This document shows, piece by piece, positions 25,614 to 38,973 of a stretch of DNA of 64,000 nt; position 1 is the first letter of the stretch; every line of letters begins with the position of its first letter. The stretch is from Klebsormidium nitens. Lineage: Eukaryota; Plantae; Klebsormidiophyceae. The notes below the pieces were generated by a model. That model was not told the DNA's origin. It ran no database searches and saw nothing but the letters and a program-made list of their open reading frames with translations. The stretch is from the NCBI GenBank assembly GCA_000708835.1, contig DF236950.1, positions 225,355 to 289,354 on the forward strand, in the 5' to 3' direction. The position numbers and the translations under genes are program-made.

Positions 25614-28600
25614 ATGATGCGGTGGCGCAATTGCCAGACTGAGCTCACGGGAGAGCCTCCGTCACCAAGGAGGTGCGTGTGGGGTGGAAGAAGTGCCATG
25701 AAACCCGTGTGCAATTAAGCAGGTTCTCCAGGTTCATTGAAATGTGCCCAACTTGAGGCGAAATGCCCCAATGTGCCCAGCTTGAAGCAATCTGCGTAGT
25801 TTCCTAGCTAGTGCCACTCTCCAGCTGCTTGAAAATAACCATCTTAGCAGCTGGAAAAACTTCGGCTTGAGAGGCTTGCTTTTCTCCAGCGCCCCATTCT
25901 GTGATCACAAGTCAACACAACTGGTTATTGAATCAATGCAGCATTTGTTATCTGCAGTGGGCACACCGCAGCTCTGGTCAACGGGTCACTTGTGGTGGTA
26001 TATGGCGGGCTTTTTGAGAAAGTTTTTCTTGGTGGGTACAGTCTTATGAGTCCGTCCGAAATGGCTGTGTACAGTGCCTTGGTGTTGCAGAATTGTAGCA
26101 GTGCCTTTGACGCAGCTTTGAGGACCCTATGTTTGCTCAAAGCACTGACATTCCATTAGCAGTATGCAGTAAATCAATCGAGAAATTTGTCTTTGTTTGT
26201 ATAGCTCCGTGCATGGAGGGGCACCTTTTCTCCAAAATTGGACTTCAATTACGAAGCATCCATACATTTGCTGCAGGTGATCTTGTCGTCTTAGACACAG
26301 GTGAGGTTCTTTGCACGCCTTGTGGAGCTTGAATTTGTTAACACATGAGAATGGACGCTTTGCGGAGTTCTGCATGTTCAGCCTATCCGTTGGAAGCTCA
26401 CTTCCCAAGTTGGAAATGATTCTGCTTCCCCCTCTTCTTTTAGACAATTGCCCTTCGGCATCCCAAGTGAGCCCCAACAGCTTCAAAAAGTAGGTTCGAC
26501 TCTCTAACCTCGCCAGTGTCACCCACTTTATCATTAATTTAGGAGGCGCTTCCATCAATCAATTTCGAACCACTTCCTAATGTAATTCACAGCGCACCAA
26601 CCCGTTGACACCTTCACAACATCTCTCACTGCCTAACAATAGAGACTCCACAGAACGAGCTTGGTTAGATGCTTCCCACCCCCTCCTCTGCAGAGCACGC
26701 TGTGTGGTTTCGTCCAGAATGCAGCGGCGACCAAAGCTCTGATGGGACAGTGGGCCCCGGCCCCCGGGCCTTTCACTGCGCGGCCGCCCTCGATGCGCGC
26801 CTTTTTGTCTTTGGAGGCCGTTCGGGGCGGAGGCGCCTGGACGATTTCTGGATGCTTGACACCACCACGTGGAATGTGAGCTGGTTGACTCCATGAGTAG
26901 ATCTTTTGTGTCGATGTGTAGATCTTTCAAGCTCTTGTTAAGCTAGCTTGTTGTGACAAAGCTACTCAATGAAGATGCTTAACTGCGGTACTCAAATCTG
27001 GGGTTGCTCAAGGGTTTCTGACTGAGACACGACCCTGAGATCTTTGTCGACGATTTCCAGATGCCAAAGTGAAGTCGGCTGGTATATGTGCTGTTGTTTA
27101 CTACAACTAATTGTGTGATGCATTGGTATACATCAACCTGCAAGAAAAGAGCACAACTTCAACACCTCAATCTCAGTTGCTGGGCGACTTTGTTTCTCTA
27201 GGCTCCATTCACTACCACCTATGCGTCCTCCCGCTCCCAAACCCACTCTGCAAGCCGCTCTCAAACCCGCTCTCGAATCATCTCTCGAAACTACTCTCAG
27301 ACCCACTCTCAACCCCGCTCTTGAACCCTCTCTCAGCCCACCCTCAAACCCCCCTCTTTTCGTCCAGTGGGCCCAGCTGGGCGGCTTCGGCGACCGCCCC
27401 CCCGCCCGCGACTTTGCCGCGGCCGCCGCGCTCCCCTCCCTCGGCAAGCTGGTGGTGCATGGGGGGTGGGACGGTTCCGCCTGGCACTCAGACGCCCGTG
27501 TTCTAGACACCCCCACTTTGGAGTGGGCGCAACTCCCGGTTGCGCAGGGCTCGGCGCCGCCCCCTAGATGTGGACACACGGCTACCATGGTGGAGACCAG
27601 GTAAGGGGAGGTACATTCGATAATTTTGTCGGTTGGTGAGGACTGACGGTTTGGGAATTAGTCTTTGAGCGAGAAGTGAGAAGTACCGGTTTGCGGGCGT
27701 TCTCCCCTGATGTAGGTTCGTTGACATAGCATGCTATGTTGGTTCCCACGGTGAAAAGCTGGGCCCAAGAAAGCAGGAAACGTGAATTACACCAGATGAG
27801 ATTGAACCTTGGGCATCTGCAAACGCGTTCTTGCTCAGGCTTGTGGTATGTTTCTCCAACACGGCGGACCACTTCGCCACGTGAATTGTGATTGACTTGT
27901 CTCGGGACCCAAAGCCAGATATTCTGTGGATGCGGAAGAAGTCGGACGGTGTGGATGCGGAAGAAAGTCGGACGGTGCACTGCCCCTGCTGCTTAACATA
28001 AAAGGAAACGAGTCTTGTCTTCTGTCAATTTGTTGGGCATCTTCGACCACAATTACTGTCTGTCCCCGTCTTAGGACACCAAGCCACTCCTCGTGAAAAC
28101 ATTTGCTTCCGCTCTGGTGTCCATCCCCTTTGCTTACGAGATGGAGAATCTTATTTTTTTAAAGTTAGGCAGACCGTGACAAATGCGGACCACCAGAAGG
28201 ATAGCTTCCCTCGCCCGTCTCCAGGCTTCTCATGTTCGGCGGCCGAAGCGGCGGCGCCGGCAGCTTTCTGGGCGACTTGTGGGCGCTCAAGGGCCTGATG
28301 GACGACGGGGGCGCTGCCACGTGGACCAAGCTGGTGCTCCCAGGCCCAGGCCCGAGCCCCCGGTGCGGCCACACCACTGCCGCTGCGGGGACGCAGGTAA
28401 TGCCCGGTTCATGTGCGGTTCTAAACCCTGCCGACATTGGCAAGAGTGGCAAGAGTGGCGAGTTTTCATGTTTCAAATCAAAGCGGTCTCCGTCGACCGC
28501 GTTTGGATTCCACAACTACGCTGCTTTGGAACGCGGTCGAATTTCGGTGGGTTTTTGGATACTCTACAATTACCGAACTTGGTTTTACTCGATTATCGAA

Positions 28601-31600
28601 AGTGGTGTTTCATATGCGTCCCGGTGATTGCGGAGCTGCCACGTCGTCGAAAATTCACAAAAGTGGCAAAACCAAGCAAAGCTGGACGCATGTGAATCGG
28701 GCGTAAACCTCTGGCCCATCCTCGGCGATGACATAAAGTGGGCGTCCCGGGACCCGGAACGCCTAACGGCAGATGGCGACAAGAAAGCATGGCTTTCTTG
28801 TTTCTTTTCGCTGAATATTTGGTAATAGAGTCTGTACCCCGAGCACCAGGCCCTGCTAACAGTGGCCGGTTGAGGACGTTGCATAGACGCCCTCTCTAGA
28901 ATTTGAGATCTGGGTTTGACGACTTTCAATCAAGCACCAAACTTTGAGCAGAACGGGTGCTCGTTATGCAACGGGCTGACAAGACAGTCGTATGCTCTGC
29001 TCTACACAAATTGGCGCAACTTTTGTTCCCGTTCTTTGTCTTTTGCATTGCTGCAGAAAGGGACAATACGGATGGTAAGCATAGACTCTGGTTGCCAGAT
29101 GCGAAACGTTGTGCACGGGGAGGCATTACGGGGGAGACTGGTTTCTATGTTGGCTGGATTGCCCCGCCGTTGCTGATAGCCGAAGGTCACGGTCCAACAT
29201 GGCACACACGCCGATGAAGTTGGCAACTCTGATGAAGAGCTTGATGATACGAAGCTGTTGCAAAGTTTCTCGAAGATGCATGTAACAGGTTGCCCAAGTT
29301 CATTGGTGTTTCTGATGCGTCGAGGTCCATGAGAAGAATAATCTGTGGACGGTGCATGAGCTTTTTTAGTAGACAACAGCCCCGTCCCTCTCCTCTCAGG
29401 TCGTCTTTTTCGGCGGCCACGGCCAGGCGGGCTGGCTCACCAAGTACGACGTGTACCACAATGACGTCATCGTGCTGGACCGCAAGTCCGTGCAGTGGTC
29501 TCGCCCTTCGCTCGCCGCTGACGTCAGCCCCTCCCCCCGGGCGTACCACACGCTGACGCACGTTGGTGGGGGGCGGTTCTTGCTCGTAGGCGGGTACGAC
29601 GGGAAGGCGTCGCTAGGGGACGTCTGGATGCTAACGCAAGATGGTATGTGCGCCCAGTTTCGTTCTGGCACTGTCGCCCCTCGTGTATTTCGGGCGTAAA
29701 TTTGTAATGAAGTCGCGGCTTCCCCCTGATGTCATTTGGATGTTTTCGCGCCCGCGTCACTTGTGACGTCATTCGGGCTCTCCGTTTTCTATCCGTATTC
29801 CACGCATCGTATGCCCTTGGTATTGCCAATCTCGATTCTATGGTGCTGTTTGTATGCCAGACATAGTGTTGTGCCGGTTTTGTTTACAGAGGTCTACGCT
29901 CAAGGAGCTGGACTTTTTCACTGAGCCACCTTTCCGGCCCGTCTCTTTTCCGTTAAATCTATATACGCTGCTGTCGCATCCGATAATACATGCTGTCATA
30001 TGGCCAAAGCAGTGGTGCAAGAGTGCCAGGAGACTTCAAAATGCAAGGTTTTGGTCTCGTTTTCGCCCATGGGCTTCTTTTGCCTTGAAGTATCCGTCCT
30101 TTTTGTCTGTGCGCAGCATAAGATTAGCCAAGGCGAAAATCTGACGGGTTGCAGACACCATATTTTATCCGAACCGTACAGCCCGTTCGTTGTTGGGTAC
30201 GATGCTCTTCCCCAAGGAATGAGGGGTGCAGCGCAGCAAAAACTTGCAAAGGCTTCCCCGATTTGATCTTTATTAAGGTTCGGCTAGTCTCGATGTTCAT
30301 CGCATTTCGTTTCGATCTCGCAGAGCCCTCTCCCCGGTCAAGCGCCGCCCCCCTTTCCTCCGCCCCGAGCAGCCCCCCTTCCGCGAGCCACGAACCCTCC
30401 CACACGCCGCAACCTTCCAAGGCGTCTTCGCTCGCCCTCCTCCGGCAGCAGCTGGGCCTGCCACGTGTCGCCCCTTCACTGGAGCACTCCGCCAGCAAGC
30501 GCGCGCAGCAGTTCGACTCGGAGCTGCTGACGCTGGGGTACCGGGTGCTGCGCGAGCGGGGTGGGGGCGCGCCTGACGCGGCGCTCGAGCGGAGCCCGGA
30601 AGAGGCGGCCAGCGCGGCGCGGGAGTACCTTAGGTGAGCGGGGGAGGGCGACTTTTTGCTCGGTTTCAAATCTTCGCCCTTTCTTTTACAGTGTCAATCG
30701 GGGGGGCTGCCGCCCCCCCGAGCCCAACCGCTCCTGCCTCTTGCGGCCTTTGCGTCGTTGCACGAATGTGGACCATAACTATGTCTCTTCAATTTAGCAA
30801 AAGTAAGCTCTAGCAAAACTGCGCTCCACCACGAACACTACAACCTAACCCAAAAGTTCACCTGATTCGCACCCGTACCCACCCTAAACCCCCAGACTAA
30901 CCCCACCCGTCCCAGGCTGGTGCCTTACTTTTGCTAAACCTTTACTATGCTAATTCGAAGCTTCGTGCGATTAGTTGCTTATGTCGCTTTTTGGTACAGT
31001 AAAAGTAGTATATTTGTATTGAAAGTGAGCCGTTCGTATATGCTGGTGTCCTGAGGTTTCGAAGGTGCTTCTATGAAAATTGATGGTTGAAGTTTGAGGA
31101 GCCAGGCGAGTAGCCTTCTTGTGTACGTTTGCCGATTAGATTATGACGTTGACAGGGCACCACGTCTGTCGCTCATGGCGGGGTTTCGCTGCCACCGCAC
31201 GATGCATGCTGGTGCCGTTGCTGTCCTCGTTTCTCTTTCCAGCCGGACGACGAGGCTGACCTCGCCTGCTTAGTGGGGATCAATATAAGATGAGGAAGTG
31301 CCAAGAATAGCCGACGGTCTTTTGCCACTTTGGAAACGGCTGTGCTGAAGTGCTTCGATTAGGAACAAAGCACTTTTGAATCTCATGATGATAATCTGTT
31401 TGGGTCTATTCTGGTCGCACTCTCCTGCTCACACTCACGAGCGCAATCAAGACCTCAAGTTAAAATCTGTTGGTTTCCGGTCAGTGGGCTGTTGTTCAAG
31501 GTCGTCGGTTGGCCCCCGAATGATAACGGTGTGGCAAGTTGCATTTGGAAAACAGTACCGCGCTGGTCATCTGCAGGAGTTGCACCGCGCCATCATTACA

Positions 31601-31847
31601 GATAGCCGATCTTCGAGCATTACTCAACGACTACAAGCGGGAAGTGGCAGTCGAGGCTCGTGCATTAGTTCAAAATAGGTCTGAAAAGATGAGCGGGGAG
31701 TCGCAATCGGAAGCGGCTATCCAACGAACAAAGTCACATCGCTTCTATCACGTTGCATCTATGAGAGACGTCAGACTCGATGATCTGCCCGCACTCTTGC
31801 AAGAGTACAAGAGCTTGAGTGACAAAGCTGATAATCTCGCATTCTGA
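25614..31847 (+). CDS. Kelch/galactose-oxidase repeat protein (At2g36360-like)
   Basis: About nine exons in frame: MMRWRN..GEPPSPRS|GHTAAL..VYGG|DLVVLDT|EHAVWFRPECSG..PRAFH..FVFGGRSG | PARDFAAA..PPRCGHTATMVE | GGRSGG..GDLWALKG | RYDVYHNDV..PRAYHTLT | ... | ..DVRLDDLPALLQEYK. Confidence 0.92.
27238..27350 (+). repeat. Intronic ~12-nt minisatellite (AAACCCGCTCTC-like, ~9 units) just upstream of the acceptor at 27367
   Basis: aaacccactctg / caagccgctctc / aaacccgctctc / gaatcatctctc / gaaactactctc / agacccactctc ... Confidence 0.8.
27925..27977 (+). repeat. Near-perfect 25/26-nt intronic tandem duplication
   Basis: tgtggatgcggaagaagtcggacgg is followed by tgtggatgcggaagaaagtcggacgg. Confidence 0.9.
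30699..30938. mobile_element. Small non-autonomous element (MITE- or HINE/Helentron-like) in a kelch-gene intron
   Basis: Perfect 15-bp inverted repeat TTTAGCAAAAGTAAG (30793-30807) / CTTACTTTTGCTAAA (30924-30938). The interior is C-rich with CCTAA-like units. A 9-bp GC stem hairpin CGGGGGGGC-TGCC-GCCCCCCCG lies at 30699-30720. Confidence 0.5.
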
Positions 31848-33244
31848 AGGTGAAGATGAGGTGAAGCTGAATCTTGAATATTGCCGATCGGCCTGTTCAT
31901 TCAGTCCAAGAAAGTGCGCACGGTCATCTCTTGAGAGATTGATTGGATGCATTCTGCAATGCAGGATTCTTGACATTATCGTTATAGGCGCAATGCTGGA
32001 CGCTTGGTGACTGAGGTCGCTATACATGTAATTTGCTGCGAAGCTGGCGAAATGGGACGTATGTACAAGGCTGGATCAAGATCATGAACTTGCCAAGAGA
32101 ATTGCGCAATAACCTACGATGCTAAATCGGTCGCTATAAACATTGGCATCTTAGATTTGGCAAGCATGCCAACAACACTGCGCACCGAGACTTCAATCTG
32201 ACAGCTTCAATGGAGTATATGTGAACCCCATGTGAACGTACTATAGCCTCCACTCCGTGATGGCAAGCGCATGGGACAAATGTGTTTTGGCAACATCATT
32301 GGCTAGCCTATCAATTGCATGCCAATCGTGAAGCTGTCCAGCCTCAGGCAAAGTGATCGTAGCGCAAGCCTTTACTGCCCCTTTACTGCGTGCTTTCTTT
32401 GCAGGATACACAATGAATAACTGTTAAACCCTTCAACACCTCTTCAATAGCTTCATTACAGTGACAGCTGTGAACTCGGGAGGCGGCTCACATGAAGCAC
32501 TAACAATAACAAATAACAATAGCAAGAGGTGCAGTCTCTTGACACCTGATTGGAAGTTCAACAAGCTGCAAGCCACAAAGCCAGTGCAAGTTGCAAGTAA
32601 CAAATTAAACAAGTTGCAAACCGTCCCTAAAAAGTGCACCTAGCCTGCTGAGTTTAATGCCTGCGAGACTGTCTCGACCGTTGGATGATCGGCTGCGATC
32701 ATCGCCAAGCCATGTGCAGACTGGTCACTTGCAGTTTATCTGGTAAATCGGGATCCCAAATGTAGTAGCCTATAAGTGTTCACTGAAACCTGGAATATCC
32801 ACTCAATCAAGAAAGCCAGAATTAAACCGTCGGCAATTAGCTTCGTCAATGTGAGAAAAATGCAGCGGCACGCATATTCTGAAGTGGACGGTCCGCTTAT
32901 AACGATGTTCCATGATGGAACTTGCGAATACTTCGCACAGGCGAAAAAGACGGAGAGAGGATTGGACAAGCAGATTGGACGCAGCTTTGATAAGCTGATT
33001 GAGCTTGAGACGGGCGCCTGCCAATGCCAATGGTGGAGGCCGCGTCCTCTTGACCACTCGTCGCTTGTTGCATTCAGGGTGGAGGATCTGGAGAAGAGCC
33101 GGCTACGTAGACCAGCTTTGATTGGAGCTCCTCTCAAGCACGCGATCAAACCCCTAATGAGCCATGTTCCTAATTCTGTAAGCCTGTCCCTGAAAGGAGA
33201 TTCGTGAGGCTCCTTGCTTGCAAGACATCGCTGCTACATCAGCC

Positions 33245-36200
33245 ATGGGACACCTCTCTTCGATCTGTTGGATCTTGGTCCTTATTCTGATCCCTGCTGG
33301 GTCACAAGCTGCTGTGCATCAGTACACGGGGGACCTCTTCAGAGCAAGCGGCGACGCGTACTTGTAAGGCATCGTGCGGGCATGCTTCCTAGGCTTCTCT
33401 GCTGATTGTTTGTGCTTTTGTAAGTTTTGCAATTCTGTTGCAAGCGCAGTAGGCTTGTCGACAAGCTTTGGGCATTTTGATTGGCTCTGCCTTGCCAACT
33501 GAAACCAGGAGAAGAAGTGTTCCTTGTGCCTGTCGCAGGTACCAGGGAGGGCGGGAGGGCCTGTTCCACTCCTCATATAATGCGCTCTTGAAATGGAATT
33601 CCCTTGGGAAGGGTCTGAACAATGGAAAGGCATACATCAAGTGAGTTCTAATCTGAACATCTTCCGATTGGTCAAGTCAATAATGCACATGACAGATCTA
33701 GGACTGATCCACAAGAACACGTGCCAGCTCAGGACTCGTACTAGCTGCGGTTTCTGCTCTCTTACTAGCTGCGGTGTCTGTGTTTTGAAACCACAGCTGC
33801 TGAGCTTACGGCGAGCAGGCAATGTCACCTGTCAGATAATAATTTCGCTGGAATGGCGTACTTGATCTTCTTGACGGCAAAATGCACTGGCGATGTATTC
33901 AACACTTGCATCTAGCATTCTGTGAGTGAGGGAACCCTCGTACATTCTTCTCAGGCTGCATCTGTCCAACTCCATTGGGGTCAGCGCTCTTGCAATCGCA
34001 GCGTGCCTTATCTTTAAGAAGCAGCTTTGACAGCATTTGTAGCAACCTGCAAATCAAGGTTGAAAGTTAGTTGCCTGCACTAGCACCTTGTGATTCGGGG
34101 CAACACGATGAGCTGTTTTGCCCAGCTTTCAGTGATGAGATCTGTTTTGGTGGAGACACAATCTGGGAGGCGTTGGAAGAGGCAATCGGGCTGTGTAGTG
34201 GTACCTCATTGCGAACAGACTGCAATGCCAGCTTGTTTTGCGCCTGATCGTATGGATTGTGTGCACTTCTGATTCTGAAAGTTCCATCGCAGCAAAGCCA
34301 AATGGTGCAAAAGTGATTAGTGTTGGTTGCAACCTCTGGTTGATAAGCTGGTCATCTTAGAGAATTTGGTCCAAGCGAAGCTTTTGATCCATAGCTGTGA
34401 CAAACTGACTATGCATCAAAGCTATGAACAGCAGAAGTAGAGCCATTGTTGATACTGCCAATCTTGGGAAGACAGTAATCACTGGATAGCGGCTTGGATT
34501 GACTGTGGGGTTCAGAGTAGGAACAGTAGTTTTCTATTACTGTTCGCAGGGTGGGCAGCTGGTAGTCAGGATTTCAAAGCGTGGTAATCTTTCGACGGCT
34601 ACGTGAACGACAGCACTTGTTGAGCTTGGCGACAGTCTGCAGATGGTTCCCTTCAACCCATACGACTTTTCCTCCAAAGGTCTTCCAGGATGTCCTTGAG
34701 TACTCCCATAAAATTGAACTTCTCAGCACATATGTCACGAAATGTCCCATGACGTTGCTCGTATCTTCCTTAAAACTGGAACCTCCGTTTCTCCCCTGCC
34801 AGGTTCCAGCACTTGGTCTTTACCCGGCCTGACTACCTGGCCGCAGAGCACTCCCCCCAGGACTCTGACACCGGCCTGGTGGAGGCCCTCATCTTTGAGC
34901 TTGGCGACCGGGACCGTGTTGGTTACGAGACCCCCCAGGGCCGTGCATTGTGCTGCTCGGAGGACCTCGTCCAAGCGACAGGATGCGAGCCCGGCCATGT
35001 GATAGTGAAGCCGCACGTGGAGAGCGAGGGTTACGTCGATGTTGGCTGGCCTCAGGTGAGGCCTGGCGATCGTGCGTTTCAGATCTTGCTTCACCGGCAC
35101 ATGGAAAACTGGTCAAAGAGCAAGTGTTTCTTGCCACTCTAGTTGTGTCAGCCGGTCTATGTCCCATCTTGGAATCTCTTTTCCTGGCCACATGGTCGGC
35201 TTGCCAAGAAAGAGGGTTCACCAAAACTTGGTACCACAGCTTTTCTTCCTCAGGATGGTATATCTGGTGGTTTGCAGGTTATCGACTTCCGCTTCCAGGG
35301 CAATGACACCACACTCATAGCTAACCCCGCTATCGACGTTCCCATCACCAAAACCGGGATGTACTACCTGTGGTACGTGATCTGCGACCGCAGCCTCGTG
35401 GGGGTGAATGTCACGGGCATGACGGTGTGGAAGAACCCGTTTGGCTACCTCCCAGGGATGATGGCACCGTTTGAGACGTTCTATGGGTTCATGGCGCTGG
35501 GCTACCTGGCCCTTGGGGCGGTCTGGTTCATGCAGTATCTGCGCTTCTGGAAGGACATTCTTGCGCTGCAGGTAAATACCGATTGATTGAAGCGTTTGGA
35601 AGAGCTCATTCCGTTTGTCAACCTACCCGGCAAATTTTCTGCTTCTTTCTTTGTTATTGTGTCATCCTGTTAGTTCTTTACTTACTTTTCCTATTCGAAA
35701 GCACAGAGCACTGTCGCCAGACTGCACTGTTTAGCCATCAGAGTTTCAACACATTTCGCTCTGATTTCCATAGGTATCGATTTGACTTTGTGGCTTTTTG
35801 ATTGATGAAACGGACAAGAAGTAGCCCGCTTCCTTGCCCCATGCACTTTGAAGCTCAGACGAGTGGACCTTTCATGGAAGGTCTTCGAAAGTTTTGGGTT
35901 GAAGAATCAGGGTTATGCTTAAGGTCCAGCATAGCCACTCCGACTCCGTTTGACTGGAGCCGTCAAAACGCAGACCCCTATTCATGTTCTACATATCGAT
36001 TGGCGCCTTGGCTCTTTCCTTTCTTGGATGCTTGCCAACAATCGACCTTCCGGTTCGACAATAAGAATGTGCCAGCATGCCAACTCAATGGGAACCAATT
36101 TCCGTCGCAGAACTGCATCACGGCTGTCATTGCGCTGTGCATGCTCGAGATGGCCACGTGGTACTTCGACTTCGTCAACTTCAACACGTACGGGGTCCGC

Positions 36201-38092
36201 CCGTACGCCACCACCGTCTGGGCCGTGACACTGGGCTCCGTGCGCAAGACCATTTCTCGGATGCTCATCCTCGTGGTGTCAATGGGGTACGGCGTGGTGC
36301 GGCCCACGCTGGGGGGGATCACCTCGAAGGTGCTCATGCTGGGGGCGGCGTATTTCGTCGCGACGTGCAGCCTGGACGTGATGCAAAACGTGGGGACGAT
36401 CGATGACCTCACGAGCAGCGCGCGCATCTTCCTGGTGCTCCCGGTGGCGGTGCTCGACGCGATCTTCATCCTGTGGATCTTCACCTCGCTCTCCAAGACG
36501 CTGGCGCAGCTGCAGGTATGGTTTGGCGCAACCATTCAATCCTGGGGCTTATTGTGTTTATCCTTTTGTCCTACTCGACTAATGAAGATGATTGGTATAA
36601 CTTTGGTCTTTCCTAGCCTCCTTGCTTGGGCGATTTCAGGTCTGTCACGATTTGCCTTGGCCTGTTCCGAAGCGGTGAACGCAGGACACCTAGACATGCA
36701 GTCAGGCCGCGTAGTCAGTGGGTTTTATCGAGGAGTGATGCCGCACTGGTAACCTCGTCGCAATCCGTCGCTCGATTGCTAGGGTCAATCGTTGATGCTG
36801 GCGCGCGAATCTCGTCGTTGCTAGCTTTTTATTTGACCTCGTTGAACATTTGCGGGCTTTTACGCATCTCAATGTGCATTCCCTCTTCCTGCAGAACCGG
36901 AGACAAGGAGCCAAGTTGGACCTTTACAGAAAATTCACCAACGCTCTGGCCGTCTCTGTACTCATCTCCATCGCCTGGATTGCCTACGAGGTAAGCAGTC
37001 CTGCCAGCTTTTAAATTGTTTGCTCCTTTAAGATTGCGTCTGCTTTGTTCAGCTTTCCTCGTCAGGCAACGTGCAGGCTTTTCAATGCAACTTGGGTGAT
37101 TGTTCTGTCCGAGCATGCCAAGCGACAATTCCATGTTTGCATCCTACGTACTCGACGTGAGCTTGTGTCAAATGGCTTCTGCTTTGGGAGCTGCTGAGCT
37201 CTCAAAGTTTGTCCTGTTGTTCTGCAAGGCTGTCAGCGACTATCGCGGACGGCTCATTTCGTGCCACGTGTCTGGTGGGTGCAGATGTGGTTCAAGGTGA
37301 CGGACCAACTGAACGAGCGCTGGCAGAGCGATTGGATCCTCCAGGCGTTCTGGCAGGTGTTGAATGGCGGGATCCTGGCAGTCATCTGCTATCTGTGGGC
37401 GCCCACCCACAATGCAACCAGGTCAGTGGTTCACGTTCAATCAGAGCCCCTGCCCTGCACGCCTATGTTTCGCCAAACATCTGCCTACTTTGGAGTTTCT
37501 GTTCCCACAAGTATGGACGAGTGAGTGTCTTCGTGTACGGATGGTGACGATGCATGGTAGCGATGTGGACGTTGCGTGCACCTCGGGACACGAAATCCTG
37601 TGGTTGTATGGACTCTCCCTTGTTTGCCGCACCTGCCTTATCGCTTGTTTCCTGAAGGGAGTCTGTTGAATCTAAGAAGATGAAGGCTTGAGCTTCATGA
37701 AAGTTCCACTTACAGACTTGCCCAAGCAAAAGTGTACAGCTTTTGGCGGGTGGCCTTCTTACTTTTCTTATGACCGCACGTGACACTGTAAAAGCAACAT
37801 TGGATCAGCTGTCAACCAGAACAGTAGCGTCGACACAAGTCAGTATACAATTGTCCTGTCGCAAATAGTCGGAGGATTTTGCGTGCCGCGCAGGTTCGCA
37901 TACGGCGATGACAGCGTGGACGATATGGACGAGGAAGAGGTTGCGTTGACGAAAGTGACGCAGGCTCAATCCAAGGACAAGGAAGCAGCAACGGATTCAA
38001 AGGCAGCAGCCGGAAAGCCGTCCAAGTCAGCTGTCAAGACTGACGTGTTCAGCCTTGAAGACGATGACGTAGAGGAGGGGAAGACCGAGTAG
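33245..38092 (+). CDS. Lung seven-transmembrane receptor family protein (TMEM87/GPR107-like)
   Basis: Signal peptide MGHLSSICWILVLILIPAGSQAAVHQY. In-frame exons give YQGGREGL..GKAYIKF, TGLVEALIFE, TGMYYLWYVICD, WKNPFGYLPG, ITAVIALCMLEM, VVSMGYGVVRPTLGG, LYRKFTN, LWAPTHNATR and FAYGDD..EEGKTE*. Confidence 0.93.
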
Positions 38093-38973
38093 CCCAAGGG
38101 TCTACTAAACTGCAGACTGCTATCTTTGAAGTTAGAATCCTGGATTCATGGACATTTATACCAGCGTGTTGGCTACTTATTCGCTTGTTGTTCTCCACCA
38201 GGTGTAGTTCACTGCCTAGCTAGACGTGGGCGAGCCTTGCAAAGTTCCTATCAATACTGCACGATTGCAAAAGTTACGGATCAATCAATCTGCACCATCT
38301 GCAGTGTATATGTTTCATCCATTGCCAGAGTAGCGCTCGGCATGTGCACTGGCAGAGCATTGGTCATGGTCGTCATTGGGGATGCCTGTAGGTGCAAGCG
38401 CCTCAATTGCATGTGTGCTTCATTTGTCCACATGCACTAATTGCAATGATGAGTTGTGCCTGGATATGGCATATGAACATGGCGGTGGATCGATATAAGT
38501 TAACTTAGCAGCTACAGTAGATGCATGATAGCTGAGCCCGACCCATGCATGGGATATATGTAACGGATTAGCTGTATGTGCATGTGTTGGAGATTTAGCT
38601 GCATGCAGTGCATGACCGATCTGCGCTGCACGACTGAAATCCGCGCAGCGCTTGATGAGCATGGGTAGGTTAGCAGTGCATAACCGCATCTGAACAGCGA
38701 ACCGGATTGTCTGTGTGGACATCGATACATACATAACTCAAAGCTCCGTCCAAAGCTCCTCGGGGACCGACACAACAGGCAAGCAACGTTTCACAGTATA
38801 CATGGCTAGAACGTGTCCGACCACAACCGGAATAATTGCAATCTGTGAACACATGCTAGCCCCATGGAAACTGTGATCGAGGTTGGATTCAAGTAAGGCG
38901 GCCGCGGAACTTCACGGCCTTGCTTGTCAATGTTGCCTGTCGAAGAGCCTTGTGTCACTCATTACCATGCGAC

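Noticed and set aside
32776-33207. 143-aa ORF upstream of the TMEM87-like gene
   Set aside because: No domain similarity or splice support. The true gene starts at 33245 with a signal peptide.
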